Shown: positions 12,401-29,255, counted from the first letter of the stretch. The stretch: DNA of 64,000 nucleotides from Balanoglossus misakiensis (GCA_040954595.2 CM082589.2:6631186-6695185), one strand, 5' to 3'. Made by a program: numbers and translations. Notes: generated by a model not told the origin, from the sequence alone.

Positions 12401-15400
12401 TGTGACGTCAATGGTCGCGCACGGAACTAGAATAACTATAATTGGCAATATTAGAATCATCTTTTCCAAAAAATAGCCAAAAAATGATAAACATGGTTAC
12501 TTCGTTATTTTCCTAGTTTTCATTAATACCAGTATCATCATTGTGGTTAATAAGAAAATGTTATTTTCCTGTGTTTTATCCTTTTATTTGTCTAGTAGTA
12601 CAACCTGCCCGATACACAGAATCCAAATTTTGAATTCCGGAATTTCATCAAAAAGGGGGCATGGATTTACGTAGTCTAGAATCCGGACTTATGTGTTTTA
12701 CTATAAACACACAAGTCTGGATTAATTCTAGATTAGGATTTATGACATATGTGTAGTGTAACCTGTTGGTAATTGTCTTGACACATTGTACATTTCCTCT
12801 CCCCCAATAAAATAAACTACATGTACACGTTCAGTATCACGATTAAAATTTTGACTAACCGCTTCCTTGGATGTTCCTGATGATGAGTGCCCCGTGTCTG
12901 GACTTGGAGCTGTCCGTGGCCGGGCGCCGTCTCTCCTGTCACCATGGGAACGGCGAGACTGGCGGGCAGAGCGTGATTTGCCACTAGAATGTCTCGGAGA
13001 CAAATATGGTAAAACATCTTCATCGCCTCGCCTTGATCTCTCAGACTATGGGCAAAGCAAAAACCAAGGAAAAATACATGAATATTTTAGATAACAAACT
13101 GTAAAATTCATATCTCTCCCCATTTTGATGTCAAAATTTAATCCATTCTGCTCAAACTCAAAGACATCTCTGGGCAAATTTCTCAATTTGTCAAATTGTT
13201 TTTGCAAAAAAAAAAATATATTTTTAACCCAACTACATATAAAACATGTATGTTTTTTACAATAAATGTACCTTTATCCTATGGACTAATTCTATTTTTG
13301 CGATTTCTTCTAATTTTTTCTTGATTTCAACTTGTCTGTGTCGTTCCATGTCCAGCGACTTGTGGACAATGGCCTGAGCCATCAGCCCCCTGACGTGTTT
13401 TCTGTGCTCTTTCCTGGCCATGTTCAGTCGATACGTCTGTTCGGAGATGATCTCCCCTCGTCGCGACACCAGCCCTGCCTTGATCAGGTGGCGGCGCATG
13501 CGCGTGTTGTTGAAGTACCCGACCAGGTTGCGGTCGGTGAGGCTGTTGTACGTCGCCAGTGGACTGAAATTCAAAAAATGGGAAATAAATCGTTAGATTT
13601 TCTGGACAAGCTGTGCATGCATTTCTGCATGCATGTGATAGTGCAATGAAATGGTCATGCAATTACACATGTACATTGCTGAACATGTAGAGTCCAGATG
13701 AGGTACTTCTACGATTTGCTAACACTGGGTTAATAGTAGGTTGGCCCAGTGGTAGCTCACTGCCACAACTATTCCTGTAGCCACATTTAGCCTGTGCTAT
13801 TTTCCATGTAGATGGTACTATTGCTTGTACACTAGTATACATATACAGTCAAACCTGTGTTAGTGACCACCTCTATATAGTGACCACCTCTATATAGTGG
13901 CCACTTAGTTACAGTCCCTGTACAATTTACATGTGTATAAATTAACCTGTCTATAAAGACCACCTGTCTATAAAGGCCAGTTTGGTAAAGTCCCTTGACT
14001 GGTCACTATAGACAGGTTTGACTGTACATGTATATGTATTTGTATATGCTACTGAGATGTGACAACGAGAAACTGTATTTGCTAAGCCAGGTTAGCTTTA
14101 GGTTAGCCTAGAGCTGACCCGACTAGAAATTCAGTTCTTATCTGTACTCTCTACATTATTGATTTCCACCACACAATGATTATAATGAAATGAATCAAAT
14201 CCAAATTAATAGGAAAATGCATATAGACTGATTAAACAATTATATCTTATTTCACAGACATCACACGTATAAACTCATTTATATATACTATCCGTTCAAA
14301 TTACTCTGGTAATATTAAGTCTCTCATAAAATAATTATGTTCGAATAACACACTGAGGAAATCATTACGGGAATCCTGTATGTACCGACAAATGCATTCA
14401 CTGCAGTATGTAAAATTACAATCGATACGATTTATTGTCCGTGTACAATACAGGTAGCAAAATACTTTTACTGCAAACAAGTACATGTAAGTGTACCGTT
14501 GCTGGGGATGAAATTTTTATCAAAAACACCTACAGTGTGAATGCAGTATTTTGTGTCAGTACATGTACCACAGCTTGTAAAGAACTGTATTGTACAAATC
14601 TAAAAAAATTTAGCTTTGCATATTTTTCTGACATGCATGGTTGTACTAGCAAAGCATGTAAGTTAAAAACAATAAACATTTTGCAAACTGAAATCAAAAC
14701 AAAAAATAACTAAAATTAAAAATAAAAGGTACTATTTTTTCACATACATGTATCTAACTACAAGGCAACATAATATGAATTATATCAAACTCTATGTTAG
14801 TTGTAACACTTTTGAAAACAACATTTCTTCTTCAAAATTTAATGTAAAGAAGAAACACTCTTCAGTTCAATATGACTCAAGTTCAACAGTGGTATTAAAA
14901 AGAACAAGACATTCGGAATCAATGACTTGCATCCTTCCTGATATATTCTTGTGACGCATGCAAAATTGTACAGCAGAAAATGTTTTACAGATACCGAGAA
15001 GCATCGTAGTCTAGCCTGTTGTTCCATGTTGATTCTCTCGTCAACAAGTGCACCTCTTCCCTGTCTCTCTCGTGTTTGGACGGCTCTCTGACGTCTTTCC
15101 AGTACACCGGGAACTTCTCTTCTTTCCTGCGGTGGAGGAGGTGGTGGTGGTGGTGATGGAGACGAGACCTGCCACTGTTGACAGCCGAGTGGTGGTTGTG
15201 TACAGCCGTCGAAGGCATACTTTGTTCTAATATCTGCTAAATAAACGATCTTAAAATCAAAACCTTGTGAAGACATCCAAACACAGCGTACTCCCCAATC
15301 AAACTGAACATGTAAGCGTGTGTGTGTCTTCTTTCGTATGCTATCGCCATAGCAACAACACATCGATAGGCGCATGTCACAGAACATTGATTCTCTGGCC

Positions 15401-18400
15401 GGCGCTTTTAAGAATAAATCAGATGTTTTTATCACTGGTCACCAAGGTTACCATATTGTAAAATTAGCCAATTTTCAAAATGTCCAAGAATTATTATTAA
15501 TGGTCAATTATAAAGAAACCATAATCAGTGCATCTGATAATATTGCAACGTAATGTAGCCAGCGAGAATTTAATGTTTTGGCAATGCGATCATATCTCCA
15601 ATATCCACACAAGTATCCTGTCTATAATGTCCGATAATGTTGACTTCAAATCTAATTTCTTGTGCTAATTATTTGCATTACGACTACCTGTGGTATCAAA
15701 TTACTCTCTCCCACTCTCTCACTGAACTAATTTACCGAATAACACGTAATATGCACTGAATCTTAGTGGCCACTTCTGACGTAGTGTTGACTTAGCTTTT
15801 TAAAACAGGAAACTCAGGGATGGAAACCTGTACACACACCTACAGGCAATTGACTACTTCGGCGATGTATACGAGTATTCAATAACAGTACATGACTTCA
15901 ACAATGGGCGAAAAATATACGACAAAGACCGTTCCATCTTTGATGGATTTCTTTCTTTTGTCAGAGCTTCGAGACTGCGACAAGCTTTGAAATTTGTTTT
16001 GGGCAGAAACGAGGCCAGTGTATTCAGGTTAAAAACACAAATGCATGTATGGATGGAATAACCCTTTTAACAAACGCGAAAGTGAACTTGTCATCATTTT
16101 CTTCAAAATTAACCTCATAACTTCTTCTGCATTCTTTTCCTCAAATTTTGTTCGAAACTCGCTGTCAATAGAAAATTATGTCTTCTTGGTCTAAAATTAA
16201 GGACCAAAACAGAGAAAAATGTGTGAAAATGATAAAAAAGGGACATTTGACAGGGTGACATTCAAAGGGTCAATAAAAAATCACACAGAATGAGTGATAT
16301 GTCTGATTAAGTACTGCTGACGAGAATAGCTACAAGTATTGTGCCTCTCTGCTATATGTTAATCTACCACTATTTTCTTCATATTGTTACGATTTTGTTT
16401 CCATCCCCTGATCTGCTAACAAGAATAGCTATGTGCGACTGTTCTGTTTATCATTTTCTTCCTACCATTAAGACAATTTTGTTTCCATACCCTGATCTCA
16501 TTTGTCATGCACGGTGTCAAATTCTATCTCTCTATAAAGCCCTAAACGCGTACCAATATTAAATTAGAGTTGCCATATCCACAAACTAAAAACACAACAA
16601 ATGCTAATTCTGAACAGGCTTTAAAATCAAGGGACTCACTCACGTGTGTAACTAGTTCAGTCTCCTGCCACAAGAACAGTGCTCATCTCATACTCTGCCT
16701 TACTACAAATCTGACTCAAATTTGTGTTATGGCCACCGTTTCCCTGACAACCGACCTCGCTGATTGTAATGAACATCCACTGCTGGATTCCCAGAGCCAT
16801 GACCTTTGACTCGAACGTAAACGCTAATAAATCTGTTCAGCGCCATCAAAGCTACGAGGGAAAAAATCTATTGTTTTCAAAGAAAAAATTCTGTCATACG
16901 CAACAACACTGAAGCTCTTCTTGTACGATTTATCTCATTAAGCGGAATAATGGTCATTTAAATGCGCTGATAGGAGTAGAATTGAATATCTGTTGTCTCA
17001 AACACTACAGCTGGTGCCCTTTTATAAACAATTTAGACAAACTCGGTCACAGCTATGTACTTTATCATTTGTCTCAGCTGTCAATCTGTGATGTGTTCTG
17101 TAACAATGTCAATTCAAAAGCAAACAACAGGTCACACAAAACACTATGGACACCACCCTCATCTGTAAATTACATGCCAGAAAAAAAGAAAACAAAACCA
17201 ATAAACAAACCAATGTTGCCTGTTGCTAGGATACAGCTGTATTTTGGCTTACATGCAGAAAAGGCAATGTTCTCTTGAGTTATTGCACCTTTAGAAGATA
17301 TAATCATGTTTAACCAAGCAACTTGTTAATTTACAAAACCCAGCTAGTCCAAACACGGCGAGCTGCCAACACTGCACAAAAGATCGGACTCAATGGTGTA
17401 TAAGATAAAACAGCGAGGTGAATAACAAGAGTTTTCTAAAATCCTATCTGATGATCAGTGTTCAGAAATTTAACAAATGATTTCTGTAACAGTTGATAAA
17501 CATCATGAATATGTATATTCAACTGTATGACAAATGTTGACAGGCCACGGCAACTGGGTGCTAAAAGTTATCAGTCAAACTCAACTCTTTGTCTCACCTC
17601 AACCTGTGTGACTGGTTTTTATAACCCCTCTGTCTCATGCCTGCATCGTTGCCATGGCAAACTCAGAGAAAACAACAAAGGGGTTATAATGTACGACAAA
17701 TACCTCGTGGTGCGGTGTTATGAGAACTAACAAGTCAACCAAATAGTTTCCAAATGGAAATCCTTGGTGAAGCAGCCAAGCGATTTCAAAATGGAAACGA
17801 AAATGGGTGAAGTTACATTGTTCTGTAAACATGACATCCTTCTTCAGTGTGACTAGAATCTGAATGATTTACTAGCATATTAGAATATCAAAAACCCAGA
17901 TATAATTCAACCACTCTTTTATCATAAAATACAATGTTCTTTTATTCTTCAAGCCCCTGTAAAATCATGGACATTTTCTCTCCCTTCTTTCATTCAACTG
18001 ATCCATCATGGTTGATTTTCACTCATCTGCAAGTAGTTCTACATGTACATGGATGTGATTTCTGGTTCTTCCTAGACAAGAACAGCTTATGCCATGTCTA
18101 TTTCTTGCAATGTACACACTGATATTTAACCCTAAAATAATCCTCTGATATATCACTTGCATCCAACAACACAAAATTACAATGCAAAAGTAACAACTAA
18201 CATTCATTAATTCAACAGCAATCATATGTCATCACAACTTTTATAACGATCAATTTTCTTTTCTGGTTGAATTACTGGCTTTTACAGTAGTCACAGACTC
18301 ATGAAATGAGTAAAACCACTCAATTACAAGATAAGTAATTACTACTAAACAAAGCTAGAACCTAGAAATTGTAGTCCTGGCAACAAGCTGCTATCTAACT

Positions 18401-21400
18401 ACAAATTCTTTTTTCTTTCAACTTTATATGGAGACAATCATTTAACCTTTCACCGACACAATTCTGGTACCACTCCATTGTTATCAATGGTATGGTTGCA
18501 CCCACATAGCCAGACATAGGGGTGACGGCATCAATTACCCTACATGTATGTCTGTAGGAACAGACCTGAATACACAAATACTACATAATACAATATGAAA
18601 GTACCATATACATGTACAATGTTAACACTGTTTTATACATGTCACTTAACACACAATTGTTTTGTCCAAATCAGACCAAACTGTATTTTATTGCTCTGTG
18701 CAGTGTAGTATTTTTGACATGCATGTATTGGACCCGAGATAGTCGTGACATAACTGAGGTTAGTGCAGATAAGACCTGGCCAGGAGAGACCTTAGTACCA
18801 GGTGTATGTCTATCAACACCTGTGCATTACAGTGTCAGGTTACGACTGTTTCTATACACACTATCTCGGTGTTGTCACCCTGTTGATAAAACAGCAGAAA
18901 ACAGCAACAAGATTTGTTGATATAATACTCTTATACAGCCATTACTTTGTTCAGTAAAACACCATTACCATTATGAAGAACATAACGGGTTAATAATTGT
19001 ATGAGTACATGAATTCTTAATGTTTGGTTCACTTTAATCATTTTTAAATGGTTATTGGGTGAATTCTTGTATGTTTTGAAAGATTAATATCATTAATAAT
19101 GGAGTCTATAAAAACATCATATTTTAGTTAAGTATAAGACAATTTTGTATATGGTTAGATGGGCCCTGCCATAAGCATTTTGGGGGTGGGACAGGCTATT
19201 TATTGAACCGAATAATGCAAAACACTTGCAACCGAAAATGGATGGAACACTTACAAGCATTTTCAATACTGCTAGATGCACTGGCACAAATTAAACTAAA
19301 ATGGCTGATTACACACACAGCTACCAAATGCTACATTTGTACATTAAGCTGTCTGAGCCTATTTGCAGGAAGGCTAAAGTGCTTCCTGTGAATATAAATG
19401 CACTTTCTGATGACAGAGTGGAAAAGTAAATCTCCGACCAGAAGGCAAAGCTATTTACGCAATTTAAAGCCACCATTAGCTGAAATCGTATTCCAATCTT
19501 CCTTCCAACCCGATTTATCTCTTTCTGAAAAATCTTCTTGACATTTAGCTGAAATCTTTTTTCAATTCTCCTTCCACACAATCTATATCTGAAAAATATT
19601 ATTGAAACTTAAATTTTAATTTCCACTTTTTGATTAGTGGTGGAAATCATCTGTCTTGTAGTTACTAACTAGTATAAAGACAAAAACAAATCCACATTTT
19701 CAACTACAACATGTAAAATTCCTTTGACTGTGTCAATAAACTGTTTTTGAAATAACGGTAAATGCAGCTTCAGGATGCCAGTATTTACAAAAACAGTTCA
19801 GAGGAGTACTGTAAAACACTTCATTTTCGCGAGCAATAAATTTTCGCGAAATACGCGAGAACCAAAATAGTGTGAAAATAAAAAGTCGCGTAAATGTTTT
19901 TGGAGATAATGATGCAGTGAATGAAATAAGAGAACGCGAAAATTAATACTCGCAAAATAGTGGCCTCTCTCAATATCGCGAAAATTTTAACTCGCAAAAA
20001 TAAAGTGTCTTACAGTATGACGTGTGCAGTATTTCAAATCTAATTTCCTCCAGAGCTGTTAGGCATTTTGGAGATATTAAAAATCACTATTAATAGTAAC
20101 CTGGGCACTGACGTAGTTTCTGTATCCACCCTCAAGCTGAGACAAACTCTTTCATCAGTAATTGCGCGACACAATAAGCTTGAAGTGAGTCCGTTAAAAG
20201 GTTATTGTAACTTAGTATACGTCAAGCTACAGTCACAGAAAAAAAAGGAAAATAAACAGTCAAGTGGTTAAAAATATTTTTCCTCCTAAAAATAATTATA
20301 ATGTACATAAAATACATTTATCTATCTATTTCAAATGGACATACTGAGTAGTCGAGTAGCTGGTTTTTCACATTACAATTCATCTGAAAATAATATCTGG
20401 GATTTCTCACATGAAAGTGCAGAAAACATTGACAGGAACAATCATGCTAATGATTCCAGTCCATTATGGGAAACGCTGTGGATGTTTTGAGTACACTGTA
20501 CATGTACAAAATCACTCTATTACAAGGCTACATACAGGTATCAGAATGGTTACCCCCCGACAATGCCCACCCAGACATTTCCAACCAACCAGCAAGGGTA
20601 TAGCAAGGGTAGATTTAGGGATAAGAGTGGGGTAGTGTCTGGTGGGTAAAAGTCCAGGGGGTAATCATCCTCGAATCCTAAATTACCGATTCCGTAAAAA
20701 AATAACAATGTCAAAATACAGAATGGAAAATGGAACAAAAATTTGCTGCTTGGATGAATTCAATGTTAGCATTCACATTATATACATGTATGGAAATTGA
20801 CATCTGAAAATTTTCCCATGATTAAATTTGGAAATGAATGTCTCCAAGCAACAGATCCTTCCATATATATGCAAAATATACGTATAAAAAATAAATCCAC
20901 TACAGTATTTCAAAATCTGGTATATAGATCTGGTAAAATCTCCATAAAATTTCTACTGTAAATTATACATTGTGAATAACCTGCATATACATGTACAGTA
21001 TATATATACTACACGGTATTGTAATTAAAAAAGGTTAAAAATATTATTTGATATCGTTTCACAAAGTGATCATTTCTGAGTTACACACACCGGTTTTATA
21101 TACATAACACTCAGTTATGTTTATCTATAAATAATAGAACAACTGTACAAAGTATCAAAAACTTTTTTCAAACCTGAGATGAAAATGTACAGTTCATTTT
21201 TTTCTTTTTGAGTAGAGAATGATCAACTCATTTCACACCTCCCCCTCGAATTTTTACCATAATTTCGTTACTTTGGGGATTGGTGTGCATACAAAGCTAT
21301 TAGTCAAGTGACAAGTCTCATGGAAGTTAACAAAGGTCATCGTACCCTTGTCAAGGAGGAACTTAAATTCTTTGATTGAAGTCGAGTTGACTCTTTGGAA

Positions 21401-21894
21401 TAAACTTTTTTGATGTTTGCACATATTGGTCACACAGGTAGACTGTGTGACAGTCAATGATTTTATCTTCACAACCAAAACACGTTATCAGCTCTACGTG
21501 TGGCAACTAACCAGTAAGGTAATATTTATTGGAGTAAACATGCGATCATTTTGTCCCATTCGGGAAAGCGGTACAAGAGAAACCGATTCCAAAAATAGAT
21601 TTCATAAGCACCGATCCTGCGTCGATCAAATATAAGTGATAGGTACCGTCAAGAAAAATATATGTAATTTTTCTCTGGCGTCGTGGTATAAAGTGGAACG
21701 GTAACAAAGTCGAGTGCGAGAGACATACAAAGTATATTGTAGGCTGACGGTACCGTCGGCCGGTCACGATGATGGTTCCACCATGTCCATGCATGCGATC
21801 GAGGGGGTGACACAGGTGAAACTCGAGAACACTTTCAACACACACACACTCGATCGGATCTCTTGAAAACTTACCCAACGTCGACGTGCGACAT
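1..21894 (-). CDS. ERICH3: Glutamate-rich protein 3-like (ERICH3/C1orf173, DUF4590), spliced, 3' end outside window
   Basis: Exons: 21894-21875, 13563-13272, 13045-12860, 11298-11185, 10710-10507, 10089-9885, 9264-9078, 8620-8496, (4964-4908), 4301-4218, 3345-3271, 2962-2855, 1462-713, 455-<1; all GT-AG and phase-consistent. MSHVDVGPLATYNSLTDRNLVGYFNNTRMRRHL and QQHCGGENLCVFKG...RHRGYPFS...CCEYK match recalled ERICH3; acidic/Lys-rich tail follows. Confidence 0.92.
713..1462 (-). CDS. ERICH3: ERICH3 750-nt acidic exon
   Basis: Within ORF 699-1472; tgtag|...AAA G|gtatgg. Confidence 0.85.
2855..2962 (-). CDS. ERICH3: ERICH3 108-nt acidic exon
   Basis: AAKSDEEES...NNYDDDDFDS; ttaacag|...G|gtacgt. 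Confidence 0.8.
3271..3345 (-). CDS. ERICH3: ERICH3 75-nt acidic exon
   Basis: DEKKESDGYDDDFEDEEEGKDKDDA; aacag|...G|gtgagt. Confidence 0.8.
4218..4301 (-). CDS. ERICH3: ERICH3 84-nt acidic exon
   Basis: DEIKEGSNNGYEDDFEDEDEKKAETVDS; phase 1-1. Confidence 0.78.
4908..4964 (-). CDS. ERICH3: Candidate 57-nt ERICH3 micro-exon
   Basis: aatcag|...G|gtaaag, open frame, symmetric phase 1 (AIVDQVDDGKKTQHTVKFI). Confidence 0.45.
5100..5192. repeat. Dispersed repeat, inverted partner at ~10762-10858
   Basis: GCCATCTTGAAATT.TGTCGACCA..TGAGATTTTTAT...CACCTAGGTAGCCA shared in opposite orientation. Confidence 0.75.
8154..8400 (-). promoter_or_regulatory. Cluster of six Staf/ZNF143(SPH)-like motifs
   Basis: Repeated GCAYNATGGGWRAT core with unrelated spacers; reverse complement CCCATNRTGCA. 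Confidence 0.45.
8496..8620 (-). CDS. ERICH3: ERICH3 exon 8 (Lys/Glu-rich)
   Basis: tttgaag|A TGT GAA completes CFKC; GAT G|gtgagt. Confidence 0.83.
8864..9045. mobile_element. TTAA-flanked MITE, Kolobok-like
   Basis: AGGTATACAGTCACCT...AGGTGACCGTATACCT; TTAA on both sides. Confidence 0.8.
9078..9264 (-). CDS. ERICH3: ERICH3 exon 7 (DUF4590 second half)
   Basis: SRRHRGYPFS...CCEYKYKPGKRLGG; AA|gtaagt. Confidence 0.92.
9657..9815. mobile_element. Palindromic TAG...CTA MITE
   Basis: ~45-bp TIR TAGCCTAGTCCTAGCCGTATTTTGTCCGCTTTGCT; flanks GCTCAGAG/GCTGAGAG. Confidence 0.8.
9885..10089 (-). CDS. ERICH3: ERICH3 exon 6 (DUF4590 first half)
   Basis: QQHCGGENLCVFKG motif; G|gtaaag, phase 1. Confidence 0.92.
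10232..10437. mobile_element. ~200-bp TA-flanked MITE (CTGTAAAAC family), copy 1
   Basis: TIR CTGTAAAACA..TTTTCGCGAG; shares body with 19809-20015 and 26585-26780. Confidence 0.83.
10507..10710 (-). CDS. ERICH3: ERICH3 exon 5
   Basis: cgcag|CTG GAC...AAT AAA|gtgagg; 68 codons. Confidence 0.83.
11185..11298 (-). CDS. ERICH3: ERICH3 exon 4
   Basis: cacag|AGT TAT...GTA GAG|gtgagt; 38 codons. Confidence 0.8.
12672..12735. mobile_element. 64-bp hairpin mini-element
   Basis: TAGTCTAGAATCCGGACTT...AAGTCTGGATTAATTCTAGATTA; flanks GGATTTACG/GGATTTATG. Confidence 0.65.
12860..13045 (-). CDS. ERICH3: ERICH3 exon 3
   Basis: cccatag|TCT...GCG|gttagt; 62 codons including RPRTAP. Confidence 0.85.
13272..13563 (-). 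CDS. ERICH3: ERICH3 exon 2
   Basis: tttcag|T CCA CTG...ATA AAG|gtacat; PLATYNSL...ELVHRIK. Confidence 0.93.
13846..14024. mobile_element. 179-bp Tc1/mariner/pogo-type MITE, copy 1
   Basis: TA|CAGTCAAACCTGT...ACAGGTTTGACTG|TA. Confidence 0.88.
14995..15218 (-). CDS. ERICH3: Candidate alternative first coding exon of ERICH3 (His-rich, 74 codons + 2 nt)
   Basis: ORF MPSTAVHNHH...HHHHHH...LDYDAS ends CG|gtatct, phase 2 like exon 1; X-box about 125 nt upstream. Confidence 0.55.
15343..15356 (-). promoter_or_regulatory. RFX X-box-like motif GTTGCTATGGCGAT
   Basis: Near consensus GTTGCYATGGYAAC; upstream of candidate alternative ERICH3 exon. Confidence 0.5.
19809..20015. mobile_element. CTGTAAAAC MITE, copy 2 (inverted)
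   Basis: Reverse complement of the shared body; TA flanks. Confidence 0.83.
20537..20678. mobile_element. Degenerate MITE-like inverted repeat
   Basis: GGTATCAGAATGGTTACCCC vs GGGGTAATCATCCTCGAATCC; C-rich and G-rich arms. Confidence 0.45.
21875..21894 (-). CDS. ERICH3: ERICH3 coding exon 1 (MSHVDVG)
   Basis: ATG TCG CAC GTC GAC GTT GG|gtaagt; phase 2 joins T CCA CTG of exon 2; resembles vertebrate MSH start. Confidence 0.85.
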
Positions 21895-22812
21895 CTTGAT
21901 TTTTTAACACAGATACCAAACAAACACTAAAGGGTGCGAAACACAAGCAATAAGAGGGATGGGATGGTCGCTAGCCCGGGCGATCGCTTGTTTTCATTCC
22001 ATGGGTCTGCAACTCTAGCAGGCCTCCACGGCAAATCAACAATCTGCGTAACCAGGGAAGTCACGTGACACAAGCCGTCACACGCGCTCCAAAACTAACA
22101 TCTTAGGTGGTCGTACCATGAAGACCGCCTAAGTTGGTATGATTTCTTGCGTAGACGTCTTTTTGTCGAATGCGCCCTCTGTCGTCAAAACGTTTTCCGA
22201 GAATTATTTTTCCGATACACTTTAATCAGAAATACTTTCATAATTTTAGCAAAACAATCACATTTGTGGCGTGATATGTGGGTGTGTGTAGAGCATCAAA
22301 AAACCCAGATGCCAAGAAAACTTCCACTTTCCTCCTCAAATGAATCAGTCAAGAGACATTTTCTGAAATCTTCACTTAAAAAGACACGTGCATTGATGGA
22401 CAAATGGACTGGGCCCAATTGATTAACCTCTCCCAAAGACTACATCCACAGGAACTAACAAAGACAAGAGATGCTGAATATCAAAGGCATAATACAAATT
22501 TTATTTCATAGGCATGATTGACTTACAAGCAAGCACAAGTCCAGACATTAATATGATTCCCATAAAATATCACTCAAAACATGATATATCTGTCTTTGAA
22601 GGTACATTCTCCGTGTTTTTCAAAATACTGCTTTTAAAAATTGTTACTGGATGGAAAAGAAACAGGAAATTGTACAGCTTTTCTGCATAATCTGGTAAGA
22701 TATAAATGAAATGCCTACTTTATTTTTCAATAATTTCAATGTACGCAAAAGAAATATGACATTGTGTGTACTTTTCTGCTCATATGTTTATCAATGCTAG
22801 CCTTGTTAGGAA

Positions 22813-28091
<5,279 letters not shown>

Positions 28092-28933
28092 CTTCACTGC
28101 TTATGCCTGTAATTAAACAGACATTTTGTCAGTATTTTTGATGTGTATATTTAAATGTAGCACTACCTGGTTCAGAAAAGTCCTTTTCAACAATTCAACT
28201 AAATGAACCTGGGAAAGTTTACCCGTGTGATGCAGGGAATCATGGCATGATGATGAGGATCAACTAAAATACTGTTCCCTCATCACGGCTGTTGCTATAT
28301 CACAGTAAGTATTATATGCCTATGGGCGATGATTATGAAATTTAACATGCATTCTTGTAAATGAAATGGAACACAGACTAGAAATTAGATCACACATGGT
28401 CAGTCACTTTCTAATGATGCTGGCAGCTGCTCATCATTTTCCGTTTATAATCTGTTTTACTTGTCATTTGTTCATGCATTGACACTGCCCCAGATCAAAT
28501 AACACATACAATTTACAGTAAAACAGAGTCTTTTTTCTTGATGGGAACGCTTGTACCAGATACTACCACCATACGGAAGTACAAAGTACAAGAGCGCCAC
28601 GTTTACAGCTTCGGCGAGGGGGGTTGTGCCAAAGTTCATGACGGATTACGAGAATTTCTCGCGAAACATAAGGAATTTCAATGCAGTATTTGACAAGTGT
28701 GTTGTTAAATTCTATGAAAGTCACACGATCGCCTTATTCCGACATTACAATCAGAATACACACTTATATTCGCAAGTTTTGGTCGACGCCTGATCATGTT
28801 TTGCAGACCCACCTTTGCAGTCAGCTGAAAAAGACCGAGCATAACCGAACGTTTCCGAACACGGGATTGGGGTGAAAAGCCACCAAACCAGTTTATTAGA
28901 GGGGAAAAAATAACAAAATTAAATACACCTTAC

Positions 28934-29255
28934 AGTGTCTGGTATTAATTTAATAATTCGTATTTTTCTTGGCTTGAAATACTCCAAGATATGATCACTT
29001 GTTCGAATCGGGGAAAGGAAATGACTGCCACGTTAGCAATCCCCAATCTCGCAGGGTTTTGTAAAACCAGTTATGATTGGTTGTCTTTCAGAGTCGACTG
29101 CTTCAGAAATGATTTTTAGTTGGCTATTATTAGCTACCTGGATGACGTCAGTTATATATTAGCATAACACTAGAGTGCTAAGTAGCCGATCGATTGACGA
29201 TAAAAGACATCAAAATTGGAGTGGGAAATATAGTCTTCTGCCGTCGAATTTCACA
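28934..29255. promoter_or_regulatory. Divergent STT3A/SLC12A8 promoter with putative non-coding first exons
   Basis: Minus-strand donor ACACT|gtaagg at 28934; plus-strand donor TCACA|gtaagt at 29255; CRE TGACGTCA 29143-29150; CCAAT/ATTGG boxes; CpG-richer flanks. Confidence 0.6.

Noticed and set aside
14839-15435. 198-aa minus-strand ORF
   Set aside because: Non-ATG start and flanks that read like translated intron; the nested 15218 frame has the compatible donor.
20105-20165. Hammerhead-like CTGATGA...GAAAC..GTC on the minus strand
   Set aside because: Stems I and II do not pair.
28150-28440. C-box words (GTGATGA, ATGATGA) and hairpins in STT3A intron 1
   Set aside because: No properly placed D box with terminal stem and no recognisable guide.
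29020-29050. Canonical ERSE (CCAAT-N9-CCACG)
   Set aside because: Half-sites are in reversed order with 10-nt spacing; kept only as a loose core motif.
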